Shown one piece after another: positions 1-12,777 of a stretch of 64,000 nt of DNA (its first letter is position 1; the number at the start of each line of letters is the position of its first letter). The notes below the pieces were generated by a model. That model saw only the letters and a list, made by a program, of their open reading frames with translations. It ran no database searches and was not told the DNA's origin. The position numbers were made by a program, and so were the translations under genes. The DNA lies in assembly GCA_028534125.1 (NCBI GenBank), contig CM052832.1, forward strand, positions 22,260,001-22,324,000. The letters are read 5' to 3'. This DNA is from Lama glama (lineage: Eukaryota).

Positions 1-2725
1 AAAGAAGAATTAATGCTAACTGTTCTCAAACTTCCAAAAGATGAAAGAAGAGGAATCACTTCCAAATGCATTTTATAAAGCCAGCATTATCCTGACACCA
101 AAACCAGAAAAGGACACCACAAGAAAATTACAGGCCAATATCCCAGTGAACATAGATGCAACAATCCTTAACAAAATATTAGCAAACCTAATTCAATAAT
201 ATATTAAAAGGATTCAATGTCATGATCAAATGGGATTTATCCCAGGGATGCAAAGAAGATTCAGTATCTGCAAATTAGGCAATCGGAAACACCATGTTAA
301 CAAAATGAAGGATAAAAATTATGATCATCTCAATAGAGGCAGAGAAAGCACTTGACAGAATTTAATATCCACTTATGACAAAAGCTTCCAACAAAGTGAG
401 TATAGAGAGAATGTACTTCCACATAATAAAGGCCATCTATGGTGAGCCCACAGCTAACATCATGCTCAGTGATGAAAAACTGAGCTTTTTGTCTAAGACC
501 AGGAACAAGACAAAGATGCCACTCTCACCACTTTTATTAAACTTAGTATTGGCAGTTGTAGCCAGAGCATTTAGGCAAGAAAAATAAATAAAAAGCATCC
601 AAATAAGAAAGGCAGAAGTAAAACTGTCACTATTTGCAGATGACATAATATTATATAGAGAAAACCCTAAAGACTCCACCAAAAAAAAGCTCTTAGAACT
701 AAGAAAGAAATTCAGTAAAGTTGCAGGATACAAAATCAATATGCAAGAATGTTGTATTTCTATATGCTAATAATGAACTATCAGATAGGGTAATTAAGAA
801 AACACTCCTATTTACAATTGTATCAGAAAGAATAAAATACTAGGAATAAATTTAACCAAGGAAGTGAAAGAACTGTACACTGAGAACAGTAAGACATTAA
901 TGAAAGAAACTGAAGAAGACACAAATAAATGGAAAGACATTCCATGCTCATGGATTGGAAAGTTTAATACTGTTAAAATGTCCCTATTACCCAAAGTAAT
1001 ATACAGATTAAATGCAATCTCAAAAATTCCAATAACATTTTTTCCATAGAAACAGAACACACAATTCTGAAATTTGTATGGAGCCACAAAAGACTTCAAA
1101 TACCCAAAGCAATCTTGAGAAAGCAGAACAAAGCTGGAGGAATCACACTTTCTGATTTTAAACTATATTACAAAGCTATACTCCTCAAAATAGTATGATA
1201 CTGTCATAACAAACACATAGATCAAATGGAACAGAATAGAGAGCCAAGTAAACCCATGCATATATGGTCAAAAAATTTATGACAAAGACACCAAGAATAC
1301 GCAATGGGGAAAGGATTGTCTCTTCAATAAATGGTGTTGGGAAAACTGGACAGCCACATGCAAACGAATAAAACTGAATGAATGAAAATGAATGAATAAA
1401 GAATGAAAATAATTGCTCTCTTACATTACCCACAGAAAAATCAACTCAAAATGCATTAAAGGCTTGAATGTAAGACTGAAACCATAAACTCCTAGAAGGA
1501 GTTTTAGGGGTGAGATCCTTGACATCGGCCTTGGCGGATAATTTTTTTAGAGTTGACACCAAGAACAAAGGCAACAAAAGCAAGAATAAACAAGTGGGAC
1601 TATATCAAACTAAAAAGCTCCTGCACAGCAAAGGAAACCATCAACAAAATGAAAAGGCAACCCACAGAACGGGAGAAAATATTTGCAAATCATCTATCTG
1701 ACACTGGGTTAATATCCAAATATATAAAGAACCCATATGACTCAATAGTATAAAAATGAGCAAACTGAATTACAAAATGGGCAGAGGAACTAGACATTTT
1801 TTCAAAGAAGACGTACAGATGGCCAACAGGTACATGAAAAGATACTCAGCATTACTAATCATCTGGAAAATGCAAATCCAGAAAGACAACAATGAGATAT
1901 CACCTCTACCTATTAGAATGACTGTCATCAAAGGGACAGGAGATAACAATGTCGGCAAGAATGTCAAGAGAAGGGAATCCTGTGCACTGTCGGCAGAAAT
2001 GTACATTGGTTCAGCCACTATGGAAAACAGTATGGAGGTTCTTAAAAAAAATTAAAAGTAGAGCTACGACATAATCCAGCAATTTCACTTCTGGGTATAT
2101 ATTCGAAGGAAATGAAATCACCATTCTGAAGAGATACCTGCACTCCCATATTCATTGCAGCATTATTTATAATAGCCAACACATGGAAACAGCCTACATG
2201 TTATTGACAGATGAATGGATAAAGAAAATGTTTACACACACACACACACACACCCATGGAATATTATTCAGCCAAAAAAACACAGAAGGAAATCTTTCTA
2301 TTTGTGACAACATTAGTGGAACTTGAGGGCATTATGCTAAGTGAAATAAGTCAGAAAGAGAAAGACAAATACTATATGATCTCACTTACATAGAGAATCT
2401 AAAAAAAAAAAGAACAAATTTATAGAAACAAAAAGCAGCTTGGAGATTGCCAGAGGTGGGAGGTGAGGGGTGGGGAAGTGGGTGAAGGTGGTCAAAAGGC
2501 ATAAACTTCCAGTTACAAGATAAATTCTGGGGATGTAATGTACAACATGGTGACTAAAGTTAATAATATTGTATATTTGAAAGTTGCTAAGAGAGTAAAT
2601 CTTAAAAGTTCTCATCACAAGAATAATAATTGTAAATATGTAAGGTGGTGAATATTTACTAGACTTATTTTGGTAATCATTTCACAATATATACATATAT
2701 CAAATAATTATGTTGTACACCTTAA
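1..2725 (+). mobile_element. LINE-1, decayed 3' part of ORF2 (RT to C-terminus) plus 3' UTR, L1MA-like; runs off the window start
   Basis: ORF fragments match L1 ORF2 ([45 protein letters not shown]). The LFADD catalytic motif is encoded at about 631-645. A typical 3' UTR follows (gacaaatactatatgatctcactta, catttcacaatatatacatatatcaaa). Many stops and frameshifts. Confidence 0.97.
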
Positions 2726-2749
2726 TAGTGTCATGACTTTATTATGAGA

Positions 2750-3793
2750 TAGTATCTAAAATATGTAAAGAACTCATACAACTTAATAGCAAAAAACCTC
2801 ACTAAACATTAAGAAAACGACCAGAATAGACATTTTTCTGAAAAAGATACACAAATGGCCAACAGGTATGTGAAAAGATGCTCAACATCTCTAGTCATTA
2901 GGGAAATGCAAATCAAAACCACAATGAGATATCACCTCATGCCTGTTAGAATGCTGGCAGGATGTGGAGAAAAGGGAGCACCTGTGCACTGTTGGTGGGA
3001 TTGTAAACTGGTACAGCCATTGGAAAACAGTATGGAGTTTCCTCAAAAAATTAAAAATACAAATACCATATTATCCAGCACTTCCACTTCTAGGAATATA
3101 TCCAGAGGAAACAAAAACACTAATTTGAAAAGATATCTGCACCTCCATGTTCCTAGCACATTTATTTACAGAAGCCAAGATGTGAAAACAACCTGTCTAT
3201 CAGTGGATGAATGGATAGAGAAATTAGAGATTTTGTGTGTGTGTGTGTATGATAGATTTTAAATATATCATAGATTATATATCTATATACACACATATAT
3301 ACATATATACACACAATGGAATATTATTCAACCATGAAAATGAGGAAAGCCTGCCTTGTGACAATATGGATGGAACCTGAGGGCATTATGCTAACTGAAA
3401 TAGGTTAAACTGAGAAAGACAAATACTGTAAACCAAACTTGTAGAAAAAGAGATCAGATTTGTGGTTGCCAGAGGTGGGGTGTTGAGGGAGGGGGAAATG
3501 GAGCATGGAGGTCAAAGGTACAAACTTCCAGTTATAAAATAAATAAGTTCGAGAGATGTAATGTACAGCATATTAACTATAGTTAACCCTGCTGTATGAT
3601 ATATGAGTTAAGAGTAAATTCTGAGTGTTCTAAACAAAAGAAAACAAATTTTTTCCTTTTTTATTGTATCTATATGAGATGATGGATGCTAATGAAGCTT
3701 ACTGCAGTGATCACTTTAAAATAAATATGTTCAAACACATCTTAAACTTGTACTGTAAGGTTTATCAATGATTTCTCAATAACTAGAAAATAA
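2750..3793 (+). mobile_element. LINE-1 3' end (ORF2 C-terminus plus 3' UTR), second 5'-truncated copy
   Basis: ORF 2855-3262 reads [40 protein letters not shown]. The 3' UTR parallels 2300-2700 and ends in A-rich ctcaataactagaaaataaa. Confidence 0.95.
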
Positions 3794-4129
3794 AGAAGCA
3801 GGCAGAGCCATGGGAAAGTTCAAGGAGTGGTTTTGATATTAGGTAAAAATCTGAGTCATCAAAGGAGGGAACCTAGAAAGGAGTCTGTGGCTTTGTATGA
3901 ATACTGAAACCCAAGCATGTGCCTTCTAGAATTTCTGGAATACTGCTGGTGCATTGCTTCTCCCACCCTTTCTTGAATGTCTGTGTAGTATGTATCCAGG
4001 TACCACATCTATAACACTAAGAGATCAGTATCTCTGCCTAGAGTAACATCGCATCTGAAGAAGTTGCCCAGTGAGTTGACCTGGGATGGGAGTGATCTTG
4101 GCTGTCTCTTGCATAGGACGTTCTTTGGC

Positions 4130-5112
4130 ACAGTTCTCTGTTCCCTTCTACTCCCACACCTTCACCATTCCTGTTTCCCAAAGGCAACCAACTTCAAGTC
4201 TTTCTTGCTGTTTATTTTATCTCCATATATCTACCTAATATTCTACTGATATTTCTTGATTTACCAATTCTAGACCTTATCTGTTGACTTATGATTATGG
4301 CAGATTTTAACTTTTTTAACCCCCTATTTACTTTCCCTTCCTCTACCCTTCTAATAGTCAATATTTATATTGTCATTATTATTAAATATTATTCACTATT
4401 AAGTCAAATGATTTACTATAATAGTATTTCTTTTCTTGAACTTTTATTTAACCTAGATTTTCTCCTTTCTATTTGCTAATTTTCTGTGTATTTATTGGTA
4501 GCCCTTCCCAGACTCTCTCATGAGTTTCTAAAGTGCCTTTTAATATTATTTCTCACTTGGTCAATCCCTTAAGATACTTCATCAATCCATTTTTTTCCCT
4601 GGAGATACTTCCTGAAGCCCTTCCACTCTCCTTCAATATATTAGCCTTGCTCTCTTGGCGTGGTGCCTATCTCCATTAGCCTAGGAGTAGCCTTCACCCC
4701 CTTTTAAATTTCATTCCCTGCTTCTTGGGATCTTTTATCTTATTCTTTCTTGATTTATTCCCTTTTTTTTAGTGTAGCGTATCCTAGAGTAGCTTCAGGA
4801 GAAAAACTGCGTGAGACATAATGTCTAGCCCACTCAAAGCTTTGTTAAGCATTTGGTTGGGTATAGAAGTATGGATGAAAGCCATTTGCCCTTAGAAGTT
4901 TAAGATATTGATCCATTGTATGTTGCTTTTGTTAATTTTTGGTTGTCGAAGTTGTTCTTTATATAAATGTTTTATGTTCTAACATTTCTTCATAATATAT
5001 TTTGATATGGGTGACTCACTGTTTGTTGATTCACTGTTTGGGATTTTTGACAGATCCTTTCAATACAGAGATTCAAGTTTTACAGTACTAGGAATTTGCT
5101 TATATTATTTCT
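4130..5112 (-). mobile_element. Ancient HAL1/L1M-like fragment
   Basis: T-rich strand. The segment gggtatagaagtatggatgaaagccatttgcccttagaagtttaagatattgatccattg resembles the antisense HAL1/L1ME consensus as I recall it. Highly diverged. Confidence 0.55.
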
Positions 5113-6690
5113 TTGAAAGTTTTGAATCAAGAAGAAATAGATCACTTGAACAGGCCAATCACTTGCAGTGAAATAGAATCAGCAATAAAAAAACCTCCCT
5201 GCAAACAAAAGTCCAGGACCAGATGGCTTCACTGGGGAACTCAATCAAACATACAAAGGAGAGCTCATACTGATCTTTCTCAAGCTCTTCCAAAAGATTG
5301 AAGAGGAGTGAATACGCTCAAACTCATTCTATGAAGCCACCATCACCCTGATACCAAAGCCAAAGACACTACCAAAAAAGAAAAGTGTAGGCCAATATTG
5401 TTGATGAACATAGATGTAAAAATCCTCAACAAAATATTAGCAAACAGAATCCAACAACACAAAAAAGATTATACACCATGATCAAGTTGGGTTCATCCCA
5501 GGGACACAAGGATAGTTCAACATATGCAAATCAATCAGTGTGATACACCACATCAACAAAAGAAAGGACAAAAACCACATGATCATCTCAATAGATGCAG
5601 AAAAAACATCTGATAAAATTCAACACCCATTTATGATAACAACTCTTACCGAAGTGGGTATAGAGGGAAAGTATCTCAACATAATAAAATCTATTTATGA
5701 CAAACCCACAGCCAGCATAATTCTCAACAGTGAAAAACTGAAAGCCTTCCCACTAAAATCTGGAACAAGTCTGCCCACTCTCACCACTTCTATTCAGTAT
5801 AGTACGGGAAGTCCTTGCCACAGAAATCAGGCAAGAAAAAGAAATAAAAGGGATACAAATTGGAAGAGAAGAGGTAAAATTGTCATTATATGCCGATGAC
5901 ATGATACTATATATAGGAAACCCTAAAGGCTCCACACAAAAATTACTAGAGCTAATAAAAGAATTCATCAAGATAGTAGGATACAACATTAACATACAGA
6001 AATCAGTGGCATTTCTTTACACTAACAATGAAATATCAGAAAAGGAAAGAAGCAATCCCTTTTAAAACTGCATCCAAAAAAATGAAATACTTAAGAATAA
6101 ATCTGATCAAGGAAGTGAAAGACTTAGACCCCGAGAACTACAAAACACTGACTAAGCAAATTAAAGATGACTTAAAGAAATGGAAAGATATCCCATGTTC
6201 TTGAATTAGAAGAATATTGTTAAAATGGCCATACTACCCAAAGCAATCTATAGATGTAATGTGATCTCTGTCAAATTACCCAAGACATTTTTCACAGAAC
6301 TAGATCAAATAATCCCAAAATTCATGTGGGATCACAAAAGACCCAGAATCGCCAAAGCATTACTGAAGAAAAAGAATGAAGTTGGGGGACTAACCCTCCC
6401 AGACTTCAGGCAATACTACAAGAGCTACAGTAATCAAAACAGTATGATATTGGTACAAAAACAGACATATGGACCAAGGGAACAGAATAGAGAGCCCAGA
6501 AATAAACGCACAAACTTTTGGTCAATTTATCTTTGACAAAGGAGGCAAGAGCATACAATGGAGAAAGACAGTCTCTTTAGCAAACGATGTTGGGAAAACT
6601 GGACAGCTGCATGTAAATCAGTGAAGTTAGAACATTCCCTTACACCATACACAAAAATCAACTCAAAATGGCTTAAAGACTTAACCATAC
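5113..6690 (+). mobile_element. LINE-1 ORF2 internal fragment covering the RT domain; both ends missing
   Basis: ORFs read [53 protein letters not shown] and [21 protein letters not shown]. It ends abruptly with no 3' UTR. Confidence 0.97.
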
Positions 6691-6719
6691 AATTATGAAA
6701 ACGTAATACAGGATTTAAC

Positions 6720-7045
6720 TTGGTGTGAGGAAACAGGGATGCTTCCTTGAGGAAGGAACCTTTGGGGTGAGTCAGAATTAACTAAACAAAGGGGAAACTG
6801 GGCTGCACATATTCCAGGCAGAAGAAATCGCCTATGTGAGAATCTCAGCTAGGGAAGACGTATGGTGGGTCAGTATGGAACCGAAGGCAGCTGGTGACTA
6901 GAGCTGGGAGCCAAGGGAAGAGTAGCTTAAGATGATGAGGCTGCTAATATAAGTAAGAACCCAACCATTTAGAGATTTTGGTCAAATTAAGGATTTCAGT
7001 GTCTATCTTAAAGGTGTGAGAAGTTATTACAAGGTTCAAAGTAGA
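6720..7045 (-). mobile_element. L2 fragment
   Basis: Diagnostic antisense L2 segments gcttccttgaggaagg and attccaggcagaagaaatcgcctatgtgag. Confidence 0.7.
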
Positions 7046-7429
7046 GCAGATCACCTAATGCTCAAACTCACAGGTAAAATTTTTATGAGAAACAAGACAT
7101 TTACATAGTCTCAAAGTGTCTTGTCACAAAAAACTTACTGAGCCCCACCAAGGTGGATACTTGCAGCCTTGTCTGCAGAGGTTTCCCATAATCACCACGG
7201 ACACTGATGCCGGCTGACTAAGCAGCCTAGAGCGCCCCCTTCTGCATCCACTCCCAGAGGCGGGAGCGGTTGCTAAGGGGAGATTTGCCTCTAGGGGCCC
7301 TGGTTTCTGCTGCGCTTGTTCTCAGGGATTGGCAGCCACACACACAGCACCTCACTCTGTATGAGACCAGAGCTGCCACTGCCCTTTGCCCACCCCTGTG
7401 AAGTCTTTAATTGCTACTTTGGTTAACTA

Positions 7430-9670
7430 GGTAACTAAGTATTTTGTTAGTCACTGTTTCACAGTGACCTATGATCCTATTTGACCAAATCTTTTTAACC
7501 TTTTTGATATTTTTGACAAACTACCCCCACCACCCTGGCCAAATGAAGTTTTTTTTGACCTCAAACTAACTTTGGAATTTTTCAGAGGGTCCCTGGAACA
7601 TTCCAAAAGATTTGTTCTCTCTCCTTATAAAAAGAGAGGTTATATTAATTAGGCATATTTGCTACATTAAATTACATGAGAAGCATTGTCAAGTAAGTAA
7701 TGGTAAACATTTTGTAGATTATATTTGTAAGGATGTTATTAATGTAAGTATTCCAGAAATTGTGTGAAATTCCTAGAACTCTGATATGTCCTGATATGTT
7801 ATCACTCATAATTCTAGTTATTATCCTGAAGTGTTACGTGTCCCAGAAATAAGCAAATTTCCCTGTTAATTCCAATTCTTATTAGATTTTTAGCTATGGC
7901 CATTTTTAAGTCTTTTGTCTTTTACAGTTATTGTTTGACTCTAATAATTTTATGAAAATATTCTTACAAAAGTGCTTTATCTTCAGAGAGATTCATGGAA
8001 GATTCTGACAAGTACTCTAGAATACTGGTTTCTGATAACTTTTCAGATCATACCATTGAACTAAATAAGAATTTACAGAACTCTACTGTAGAAACAGATA
8101 GCTTCATAAAACTTCTAACAAAAGATCAAGATTAACAAGTATTAATTACATGGGACTAAATGAACTGAGAAGAATGGTCAGAATTTTTTATGACTTTTAT
8201 TTGGAATATTGCTGATTTTTAAAAATATTTTGATTTTCCAGATTTAAGAAGACTCTCGCTCTTAAGCTACAACTTATAGCAGTTTGATAAAATGTAACTT
8301 TAAAGATAAAGCATTTATTTTTTCTCTTTGCCTGATCCCTCCAGAATTCAGAAACTCTCAGTGAATATTCTTAATTTCATGGCAATACAGTTGTTTGCAT
8401 AAGTTCAGTAAGAGTCTGTTCTCCTAGTAACAGGACACAATGGGAAACACTGGTCATGTTACCAAGGCTTTGACTGAAGTGTCATCCTTGAGAAGAATAT
8501 ACATGGACTTGATATGACCAGACCAGCTTTAGGGAACCGAGATTCACTTTATGGAGCCAAAAAAGCCCCTTGGAGAAACAGCCTGGTATCTTGCTTACAG
8601 AGTTTGTAACGGACTTATTACTCTGTAAGGATGGTCACTTCCTGGCAGGTACAAGAACATTGGGATGTTGGGGAGACCTTGAGAAGAAATGAACTCATCC
8701 ATACCGATAGGTATCGCAAGGAAAGTCTGATATGACCTTTTAGCTTCAAGAAGCCTTTTAAAGTTCAATCTGCATTCCTTATGGAAAGTTCTAGCAAAGC
8801 AAATTAAAATATTCTATACCATCCATTGCTATTCTTACTGAATTTATGTAATCAAGCTAAGTTGAATAAAACTGGACTTAATTTGCAAACAGATTAGTCT
8901 TCCTATGGTTATCATTGATAGAAATGGGGGTGATGTAGAGAGAGAGATGTTTCAGTAATATACCTTCATGGATATTAGATTCTAGTTCTATTAATTGTCT
9001 TTGAAATTTTGTTTTCTACCTGTAAACTGGACTACATCCTGAATTCTTCCAGTTTCCTCAAAATGTGGCTACAGCTCTCCAGCTTGGCTATAAACATTTC
9101 CAGCTTTCCTCCCACCCTTCTGATTTGAAATCACTAAAAACTAAAACTGCTCCTTTTTCTAAAGCCATGCAAACTAAAGTTGGACAACTTAATATAAACT
9201 TCAGATAAGCCGTCACCACAACTTATGCACAGACAGTCTTCATGCCTGTTGCTGTGTGGGCTACTCAGAAGACCACTTGAACTTTCAAACTGCAAACCAG
9301 GAAAATCTATTCAATCGTCACTGCCTGTCCTCACTCAGTCTGAGGACTGCTTCAAGCCTGCTTCCGTAAATCTGCTCTACTGTCCACCCTCCAGAACTCA
9401 GAAACTGGTTTATAATTTCCTATAATCATTGAACACTGTTTTTTGGTTGCTTGTTTGTTTCCACAGAAATGACTTATTAAATATGACATTTCTTGCACAA
9501 TATAGGGCTAACTTTGGGAGCCCAGCTATTTCACTACCTCCTAAAATGAGACACACCTGTTTAATTGACCTATTTTTAAGACTAAGAGATAAATTCAATG
9601 AAATAATGGAGCAATCTACCATCTCAGCTTTTAACATGGGAAACTTCCAGGAAGTATCAGATGAGGGAAC
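7430..9670 (+). mobile_element. ERV1-class (MER4/MER34-group) internal sequence, non-coding 3' part
   Basis: AT-rich internal-type sequence ending in the purine-rich tract agatgagggaac immediately before a TG-starting LTR. No gag/pol/env ORF. No 5' LTR seen. Confidence 0.75.
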
Positions 9671-10186
9671 TGATGGGGCTTAAGGTAGGGTTGCCCCCAA
9701 ATATGCCAAAGCGAGATTATTTTGAATTAATTATTTTGATCATTTTGAATTAAAATTACCTGAGAAACAGCCAGTACAAAAACAACACTCTGATCCTCCT
9801 TTGCTCCCCTGAAAATGGGACACAAAGTCCTTTGGGAAGGTCTCTTCCCTATGCCAGGAGGATGGAGGGCATCTTTATCCCCAGAGATAGGGAATTTGAA
9901 GCCAAGAAAGATGTATAAACAAACTTTGTCATTTCTTCATTAATTTGACACCCCAAGCAATAATAACCTCTTTGTTTTGTCAAACTTTTACAAATGATTG
10001 ATTCTTTGTCTAAAAAATTATATAAACATCCTGCTTCAGTCACTTCTTTGGTCCCATATCTATAGGGCCTCCATATGTATAAAATTAAATGTTTGTTTTT
10101 CTCCTGTTAATCTGTCTTATGGCAATTTGATTATCAGACCAGCCAAAACAACCTAGAAGGATAGAAAAAAAAATCTCTCCCCCACA
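9671..10186 (+). mobile_element. 3' LTR, MER34-like (ERV1)
   Basis: Starts TGATGGGG directly after the purine tract and ends CTCCCCCACA (TG..CA). It has ccccaaatatgcc..gattattttgaa at the 5' end, tataaa at about 10021, attaaa at about 10084 and a U5-like ttttctcctgttaatctgtc. Confidence 0.85.
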
Positions 10187-11271
10187 AAGTATACATGAAA
10201 CATTCTTTAGAATAGATCACGTTAGATCACAAAACAAGTCTCAATAAATTAAAGAACAGTGAGGTCATATTAAGCACCTTTTTCAATCACAATGGTATGA
10301 AACTAGAAATCAATTACAAGAAGAAAACTGGGGAAAAAGACATGGAGACTACACAGCATGCTACTAAACAACCAATGGGTCAATAAATAAATCAAAGAGG
10401 AAATCAAAAAATACCTTGAGACAAGTGAAAATGGAAAGACAACCTTCCAAAATCTATGGGATGCAGCAAAAGCTCTTCTCAGAGGGACGTTTACAGCAAT
10501 ATAGGCCTACCTCAAGAAAGAAAAATCTCAAATACACACTTAAGCTTTACACATAAGGAACTAGAAAAAGAACAAACAATACCCAAACTTGGCAGAAGGA
10601 AGGAAATAAAGATCAGAATGGAAATAAATGAAATAGAGACCAAAAAAAAAATAATCAGTGAAATAGTTCATTCTTTGAAAAGAAAAAATTGACAAAACTT
10701 TAGTTGGACTCATCAAGAAGAGAAGAGAAAGGGCCCAAATAAATAAAATCAGAAATGAAAGAGGAACAGTTACAGCCTACACCACAGGAATACCAAGGGT
10801 CCTAAGAGACTGCTATGAGCAATTATATGCCAACAAATTGGGAAAACCTAGAAGAAATGGATAAATCTTTAGAAACATACGATCTTCTAAGACTAAATCA
10901 GTAAGAAATAGGAAATCAGAATAAACCAATTACTACTAATAAAATTGAATCAGCAATCAAAGAAAAAAACTCTCAATAAACAAAAGTCCAGGACAAGACA
11001 GCTTTACACATGAATTCGACCAAATATTTAAAGATAAGTTATTACCTCAATCTCCAAAAATTCTCAAACTATTCTAAAAAATTGAAGAGGACAGTACACT
11101 TTTGAACTCATTCTATGAAACCAACCCTACTCTGATACCAAAGCCAAAGTTACTACAAAAAGAAAAAAAAGTACTAGCCAGTATTCTTGATGAACATAGA
11201 TGAAAATCCCTCAGCCAAATATTAGCAAAGTGAATTCAACCATACATTAAAAGGGTCATACACCATGATCA
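10187..11271 (+). mobile_element. LINE-1 ORF2 fragment from mid-endonuclease domain to the start of RT
   Basis: Decayed codons for TFSRIDH..HKTSLNK..DHNGMKLEIN, NLWDAAK, LYANKL..NLEEMDK and IHHD. Confidence 0.93.
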
Positions 11272-12100
11272 TCAGGCGAATGCAAGTCAAAACCACAACG
11301 AGGTATTACCTCACAGCTGTCAAAATGACTCTTCTGAAAAAGACAAAATATAACAAATGCTGGCAAGGATGTGGAGAAAAAGGAACCCTTGTACACTGTT
11401 GGTGGGAATGTAAATTGGTGCAGCCACTATGGAAAAGGATATGACAATTCCTCAAAAAATTAAAAATAGAACTACCATTATCATCTGGCAATTTCACTTC
11501 TGGGTATTTACTCAAGGAAAATAAAACCACTAATTTGAAAAGATGCATGCACGCCTATGTTCATCGCAGCATTATTTGCAATAGCAATGATTTGTCCATC
11601 TACAGACAAATGAATAAAGAAGATGTGGTACATATACATACAATGCAATGTTACTTAGCCAAAAAAAAAAAAAAAGCTTGCCATTTGTGACAACGTAGAT
11701 GGATCTAGAGGGTACTATGCCAAGTGAAGTAAGTCAGACAAAGACAAATACTATATGATTTCACTTATATGTGAAATCTAAAAAACAAAACAAAGAGAAC
11801 AAACTAGACACAGAATCATAGGTACAGAGAACAAAATGGTGGTTGCCAGAGAGGAGGGAGTTGGGGGAATAAGCAAAATAAGTGAAAGAGACTGAGTCAC
11901 AAACTTCCAGTTACAAAATAAGTAAGTCATGGGGAGTAATAAATAGAACAGGAAATATGTTAATAATATCAATAACTTTAATGATGAGATGGTAACTAGA
12001 TTTGTCCTAGTGATCATCTCATAATACATATAAATGTTAAGTTACTATGCTGCACACCTTAAATAGAACACTGTATGCCAATTATATTTCAATAGAAAAA
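11268..12100 (+). mobile_element. LINE-1 3' end (ORF2 C-terminus plus 3' UTR plus A-rich tail)
   Basis: atgcaagtcaaaaccacaacgaggtattacctcac, then tggcaaggatgtggagaaaaaggaacc, then a 3' UTR ending caattatatttcaatagaaaaaa. Confidence 0.95.
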
Positions 12101-12406
12101 AGACAAGAATGCCCACTCTCGCCACTTTCATTCAACATAGTATTGGTACTCCTAACCAGACCAATTAGGCAAGAAAAAAAAGTCATCAGAATTGGAAGGA
12201 GAGAAGTAAAACTGTCTCTATTTTCAGATGACATATTATATATAGAAAACCCAAAAAACTTCACCAAAAAAATGTTAGAACTAATCAATGAATTCAGTAA
12301 AGTCACAGGATACAGAATCAATATACGAAAATCAGTTGCATTTCTATATACTAGTAAAGAACTATCAGAAAGAGAAACTGAGAAAACAATTCTATTTACA
12401 ATTGCA
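12100..12406 (+). mobile_element. LINE-1 ORF2 RT-core fragment
   Basis: ORF 12047-12553 contains [61 protein letters not shown]. Confidence 0.95.
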
Positions 12407-12777
12407 CTGACATTACTAGATAGAGGTCCAGTGGGCCTGCTTTGGGAGTTTTCCCGGGAAGGGTTGAATGACTCCGCTGCAGAGGCTGGGGTGGGCCCCT
12501 GGGGCTGTAGACGGGATGGAGACCTTGCAGAGATCTGCAGTGTGAGGCTGTGAAATCCAGGTAAACCCAAGTCGGTCAGGAAGGAGTTCTGGTTCTGGGA
12601 AAGCTGAGAAAGAGACCAGTAGCTACTGAAGTTGATTTAGGATCTAGGAGGGAAAGCTTGATAGTGGCCCAGACTCAACAGACCTTCAAAGACCTGATTT
12701 TCCCTGCACCACAATACATAGCCCTCAGATCACACACCTGGCTACTACCTGGAAAGAGAAGTGGGCAAATGAAATTT

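Noticed and set aside
9225..9683. ORFs just upstream of the MER34-like LTR as a captured env (HEMO-like) gene
   Set aside because: They are under 90 aa and show no furin site, CX6CC motif, fusion peptide or clear transmembrane anchor.
375..12553. ORFs with reverse-transcriptase motifs (FADD/YADD/FSDD) read as a functional RT gene or retron-like system
   Set aside because: All are short, frameshifted pieces of LINE-1 ORF2 with adjacent L1 UTR sequence. There is no intact reading frame.
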